Part shown: in pieces, positions 49,260-55,099 of the stretch | Layout: each line of letters starts with the position of its first letter | Position numbering within the stretch: the stretch's first letter is position 1 | NCBI RefSeq assembly: GCF_004010195.1 | Contig: NC_057719.1 | Span: 5,065,311-5,120,409, forward strand | DNA: 55,099 nucleotides | Origin: Chiloscyllium plagiosum | Lineage: Eukaryota | Reading direction: 5' to 3' | Translations under genes and position numbers: made by a program | Notes under the pieces: model-generated | Told to the model about the DNA's origin: nothing | Database searches by the model: none | Seen by the model: the letters and a program-made list of their open reading frames with translations, nothing else

Positions 49260-51880
49260 AAATGTATAGAACGGTACAACCACATGATCGCGCTAACCAT
49301 GATGCCATTCTAAACTAATCCCATCTGCCTGCACATGGTCCATATTCCTCCATTCCCTACCTGTTCAGGTGACTGCCCGAATGCCTCTTAAACATTGCTG
49401 TCGTACCTGCTTCTACCACCTCCCACATTCCAGGCTACCATAACCCCTGTGTGTAAAACACTTACCTCAAACATCTCCTTTAAACTTTCCCCCTCTCACC
49501 TGCATTTCACATTTCCACCCTGGGAGAAAGACACCAACTATCCACCCATTCATACTTATCATAATTGTATACACTTCTATCAGGTCACCCCTCAGCCTCC
49601 AATGCTACAGTGGAAACAATCCAAGATTTCTAGCATCTCCTTTTCGCTAGTACACTCCAGGCAATATCCTGTTAAAACTCTTCTGCACCCTCTCCAAAAC
49701 CTCTGCCTCCTTCCTATAGTGTGGTGGCCAGAACTGCACGCAAGCCCCTACAAGTGGCCTAACTAAAGTTCTATACAGCTGCAACATGACTTGCCAACTT
49801 TTATAATCAATACCCAATCAATAAAAACAGGACTGCCATACACTTCTTTACCATCTCCTCCATTTGTGTTACCACTTTCAGGGAGCTATGGGCTTTTTAA
49901 AAATGCATTAGTGGGATGTGGATGTAGTTGATTAGACCAGCACTTATTGCCCGTCCCTAGTTGCCCTTGACAAGGTTATGGTGAGCTGCCTGCTTGAACT
50001 GTCACAGTTCACCTGGGATCCCAAGATGCCTATGTAATCAATGTTTCCAAGGGTCCTGCCATTTACTGTACACTTTCCTCTTGCATTTGACCTCCCACAA
50101 TGCATCACAGTTTTCCAGATTAAACTCCATGTGCCATTTCTCTGCCCAACTTTCCATTTGATTTATTTTCTGCTGTATCCTTTGACAACCTTACTCACTA
50201 ACCACAACTCCTGCAGTTTTCATGTCATCAGCAAACTTACTAATTAGACCATTTTCATCCAAATCATTCATATGTATTACAAATAACAGAGGTCCCAGCA
50301 TTGATCCTTGTGGAACTGGTCACAGACCTCCATTCAGAAAAACACCCCTTCACAACCACCCTCTGGTTTCTATGACCTAGCAAATTTAATATCCAACCAG
50401 CCCTCTCACCATGCATCCCATGTGACTTTATCATCTGGACCAGCCTACCATGAGACAGTATGTCAAATGCTTTAGTGAAGTCAATGTGGACAACATCCAC
50501 TACCCTGCCCTTATCAATCATCTTTGTTACTTCCTCAAAAACCTCAAATCCCATTTGTGAGACATGACCTCCCCTGTTTAAAGTCATGATGATGATCCTT
50601 ATAGAGCCACTCTCCTCCAAATGTGAGTAAAATCTATCGCTCAGAATCTTCCCCAATAATTTCCCTACCGCTGATGAAAGGGTTACTGGCCTATAATTTC
50701 CTGGATTATCCCTGCTGCCCTTTTTAAACATAACAGCAATAGCTATTCTCCAGTTTTCTGGGACCTCTCCTGTGACTAATAAGGATACAAAGATTTCTGC
50801 TAATGTCCGAGCAACTTCCTCCCTTGCCTCTCCCAGAATCCTGGAATAGATCTCATCAGGCCCCGGAGGCTTATCTACCTTAATATTTTTCAAGGCACCC
50901 AACACCTTTTTAATGTCAACAGGCCCAGAGTATCAACATACCCATCCCGAATGTTTTCATCATCAATGTCCATGTCCTTGCTGAATACTGATGTGAAACA
51001 CTCATTAAGGACCTCAACCACTTTGTCCACACATAAATTCCATCCTTTGTGGTTGAGTGGATCTAATCTTTCCCTACTCAATTGCCCCTAATAGATGTAT
51101 AAAATGCACTGGGAATTTCCTTCATCTTACTTCCCAAGGACATTTCATGGTCCCTTTCAGCCCTCCTAATTTCTTTTTTGAGCTCTTTTCTGCTTAGGGG
51201 CAGCACAGTGGCTCAGTCACTAGCAGTACTGCCTCCCTGTGCCGGGGACCTGAGTTCAATTCCAGCTTCGGGTGACTGTGCGGAGTTTGCACATTCTCCC
51301 CGTGTCTGTGTGGGTTTCCTCCGGGTGCTCTGGTTTCCTCCCACAGTCCCAAAGATGTGCAGGTCCGGTGAATTGGCCATGCTAAATTGCCCTTGGTGTT
51401 CAGGGATGTGTAGGTTAGATGCATTAGTCAGGGGTAAATGTAGAGTAATAGAGTAGGGGAATGGGTCTGGGTGGGTTACTCTTCGGAAGGTCAGTGTGGC
51501 CTTGTTGGGCTGTAGAGCCTGTTTCCACATTGTAGGGATTCTAATTCGAATTCCTTTTTACTCCTCAAGGGCTTTGTTTGATTTCAGTTTCCTATAACTT
51601 AATATGCTTCTGTTTATTTTAATTAAACTTTCAATATCATCTGAGGTTCCTGAATCTCACCATCCTTATCTTTCATCCTCACAGGAACATGCTGGTCTTG
51701 AACTCTAATCAACTGACCTTTAAACAATTCCCATATGTCAATGTGGATTTACCCTGAAACAGCCACCCCCAATCTAATTTCCTGTCCAATACTGTTGTAA
51801 TTAGCCTTCCCTCAATTTGACACTTTCACCCTTATCTATAGCTATCTTAAATTGATGAAATTATAATCATTGTTCCTGCA
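49260..51880 (-). mobile_element. CR1 LINE ORF2 relic
   Basis: PGPDEIYSRIL, NPGNYRPVTL, DFTKAFD on the - strand; interrupted by a SINE. Confidence 0.9.
51197..51545 (+). mobile_element. HE1-like V-SINE
   Basis: Head ggggcagcacagtggctcagt, V core, tail gcctgtttccaca.tgtagggatt. Confidence 0.85.
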
Positions 51881-51884
51881 AGAA

Positions 51885-53893
51885 CAATTGTCCTCAGTAT
51901 GAACAGAGAAAATGGGAAAAGATGGGGTAGTGTGGCACTGTCAGTCAAGGACAGTATTAAAGTTGCAGAAAGGATGTTTGGGGACTCATCTACTGAGGTA
52001 GTATGGGCTGAGGTTAGAAACAGGAAAGGAGAGGTTACCCTGTTGGGTAACCTCTCCATAGGCCTCCATAGGCCTCCAAATAGTTCCAGAGATGTAGAGA
52101 ATAGGATAGCAAAGATGATTCTCGATAGGAGAGAGTGTGACAGGGTAAGTGTTATGGGGGAAATTAACTTTCCAAATATTGACTGGGAATACGATAGTTC
52201 ATGTACTTTAGATGGGTCAGTTTTTGTCCATTGTGTGTATGCAGGAGGTTTTCCTGACACAGTATGTTGGACAGGCCAACAAGGGGCGAAGCCACATTCG
52301 ATTTGGTACTGCATAACGAACTCGATCAGGTGTTAGATTTGGAAGCAGGTGAGTACTTTGGTGATAGTGGCCACAATTCGATTATGTTTAGTTTAGCGAT
52401 GGAAAGGGATAGGTATATACCGCAGGGCAAGAGTTATATCTGGGGGAAAGGCAATTACAACGCAATTAGGCAAGATTTAGGATGCAAAGAATGGGGAAGG
52501 AAACTGCAGGGGATGGGCACATTTGAAATGTAGACGTTATTCGTTGGTGGATAAGATCAAGGAAAACTCTAAGGTTTTCTATTGGTATATCAGATATAAA
52601 AGAATGACTAGAGTAAGATTAGGGCCAATCAAGCATAGTAGTGGGAAGTTGTGCATGGAGTCAGAGGAGATGGGGAAGTGCTAAATGAATACTTTTTGTC
52701 AGTATTCACACTAGAAAAAGACAATGTGGTCAAGGAGAATACTGAGATACAGACTACTAGATGAGATAGGTTTGAGGTTCACAAGGAGGAGATGATAGCA
52801 ATTATGGAAAGTGTAAAAATAGGGCCGGATGGATTTATCCTAGGATTCTCTGGGAAGCCAGGGAGGAAATTGCCGAGCCTTTGGCTTTGATCTTTATGTC
52901 AACATTGTCTACAGGAATAGTGCCAGAAGACTGGATGATAGCAAATGATGTTCCCTTGTTCAAGAAGGGGAATAGAGACAAATCTGGAAACTATAGACCT
53001 GTGAGCCTTACTTCGGTTGTGGGTAAAGTGTTGGAAAGAGTTATAAGAGATAGGATTTATAATCATCTAGAAAGGAATAAGTTGATTAGAGATAGTCAAT
53101 ATGGTTTTGTGAAGGGTAGATTGAGCCTCACAAATCTTATTGAGTTCTTTGAGAAGGTTATCAAACAGGTGGATGAGGGTAAAGCAGTTGATGTGGTGTA
53201 TATGGATTCCATTAAGGCATTTGATAAGGTTCCCCATGGTAGGCTATTGCACAAAATACGGAGTCATACGGTATGTTAGCTTTTATTGGGAGAGGGATTG
53301 AGTTTTGGAACCATGAGATCATGCTGCAGCTGTACAAAACTCTGGTGTGGCCACATTTGGAGTATTGTGTAGGGTTCTGGTCACTGCATTATAGGATGGA
53401 TGTAGAAGCTTTGGAATAGGTTCAGAGGAGATTTATTAGGATTTACTTGGATGTTGCCTGGTGTGGAGGGAAGGTCTTACATGGAAAAGCTGAGGGACTT
53501 GAGACTGTTTTCGTTAGTAAGAAGAAGGTTGAGAGGTGAATTAATTGAGACATGTAAGATAATCAGAGGCTTAGATAGGTAGGACAGTGAGAGCCTTTTT
53601 CCTCAGATGGTGAAGGCTACCACAAGGGGACGTATCTTTAAAATGAGGGGTGATAGATATAGGACAGATGTCAGAGGTAGTTTCTTTACCAGTAAGCAGT
53701 AGGGGCGTAAAATGCACTGCCTACAGCAGTAGTAGATTCGCTAACTTTTAAGGTCATTTTAAATGATCATTGGATAGTTATATGGATGAAAATGGAATTG
53801 TGTAGGTTAGCTGGGCTTCAGATTGGTTTCACAGGTCGGTGCAACATTGAGGGCTGAAGGGCCTATACTGTGCTGTTATGTTCTATGTTCTAC
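51885..53893 (+). mobile_element. CR1 LINE ORF2 relic with internal deletions
   Basis: YFGDSGHN, GNYRPVSLTSVVGKVLE, AFDKVPHGRLL, tail ttatgttctatgttct. Confidence 0.92.
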
Positions 53894-54856
53894 ATGTTTA
53901 CCTACTAAGAACAAAACACCATGACAGTCTCAAGTTCAGTTCTGATCTGTTAAATTAGACATCACGAGCAGTACTTCTGCTGTCCAGTTTATGTTGGCCT
54001 TGAGGAAAGGAAATTGAACTCTGATAAAAATGTAGTGACCGGTGGTGCAAAATAAATTTATAGACATTGGATGAGGACACAGTTGGGCATGATCTTTTGA
54101 TCCCCAAGCTTTAATTGCCTGCAGACTCATTCAAACTTGAATATGACAACCTAAGATGAGCTGCATTTATAGAAGTGCACCTGATTTTTGGAAAAACAGA
54201 AGTGAAAATGTAAAGTAGAAGAAAGGATTTAAAGTTCACATTCCATGATCTTGAAAAATGTGTTTTCGTTAAGTAGAAGTCATGCTAAACCTCATCCTGT
54301 TTTCTCTGTTCTCTTTTTCTGTTGTTCAATGGTTAGTGATTTGCTTTGCTTGGGTCGACGACATTTTGTTGATGTCTCATGTTTAACATTAGTCCAAGCC
54401 ATTTATGTTTAATTGGTTTATTTCCTATATGGCTCAAATGTAACAAATTGACATCAATGATTCCAATATTTGATATTCTACAAACGCAAATCTAGAGCAG
54501 AAAAAGAAAGCTACCTGTTTTACTTGGGTAAATATTTTTCTATTTCAGGATGACATCTGACAGTTGATGCATTTTCTTTAGACAAGCAATAGTTCCTGTT
54601 TTCAAGGGAACGGTTCTTATGAGTGTTATGGATATTAAATGATTTCAGTATTTTAAAGATTTTTTTATTTTCTAATGTACCATTAGGTAATTTCTTTCTG
54701 TCTCCCTTCATGTTATTGTTACTGGTTGGCGTTATTAATATGATTTTATGATGTGGCTCAATGTTCAATTTTAACGAAATCTCATTAATGCATTGTTTGT
54801 TTTCTAATTCTTCTTCAAAAGGAAACCCTTTCCGTTTAGAAAAGTCACCTAAACAG

Positions 54857-55099
54857 TTAGAACATAGAACAATACAGCGCAGAACAGGCCCTTCGGCCCT
54901 CGATATTGCGCCAACCTGTGAACTATTCTCAGCTCTCCCCCTACACTATCTCAAAATCATCCATGTGCTTATATAAGGATTGTTTAAATCTCCCTAATGT
55001 GGCTGAGTTGACTACATTAGCAGGTAGGCTATACCACGCCGTTACCACTCTCTGTGTAAAGAACCTGCCTCTGACATCTTAAATCTATCACCCCTAAAT
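54857..55099 (-). mobile_element. CR1 LINE 3' end running off the window
   Basis: tagaacatagaac tail and aggcccttcggccctcgat, reverse complement of the 5780-5840 tail type. Confidence 0.85.

Noticed and set aside
50264..53279. RT-like ORFs (213 aa and 132 aa) as intact genes
   Set aside because: Fragments of frameshifted, stop-ridden CR1 ORF2; no autonomous element is intact in the window.
53900..54850. AT-rich unique stretch, possibly the 3' end of a neighbouring gene
   Set aside because: No convincing exon or recognisable peptide on either strand.
1..55099. CRISPR array or prokaryotic defence system suggested by recurring palindromic repeats
   Set aside because: Sequence is vertebrate with spliceosomal introns; the repeats are dispersed retroelement ends with no repeat-spacer periodicity.

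Overview
Eukaryotic, repeat-saturated vertebrate DNA. The HE1/V-SINE, DeuSINE, CR1 and Penelope repeat content points to a cartilaginous fish, probably a shark. One gene is supported: the 3' end of a + strand CCDC88C/Daple-like gene with four phase-compatible coding exons (2063-2260, 7491-7565, 11042-11337, 40502-41389), a GBA motif (SPGSEMVTLEQFLQET), a C-terminal PDZ-binding end (TVWYEYGCV*), a 29 kb last intron and a ~1.8 kb 3' UTR. The rest is mostly nested, decayed retroelements and two N gaps; nearly all ORFs in the supplied track are repeat-derived noise. Most notable observations: (1) short, TSD-flanked, often fold-back Penelope-derived inserts carrying minimal hammerhead-ribozyme-like cores with co-varying stem II; (2) a ~300 bp inverted duplication with a template-switch-like junction; (3) a 90 bp inverted pair bracketing the 75-nt exon; (4) a candidate decayed Daple exon; (5) a duplicated polyA-signal cassette. 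Repeat boundaries are approximate, and comparisons to human proteins are from memory and need confirming by alignment.
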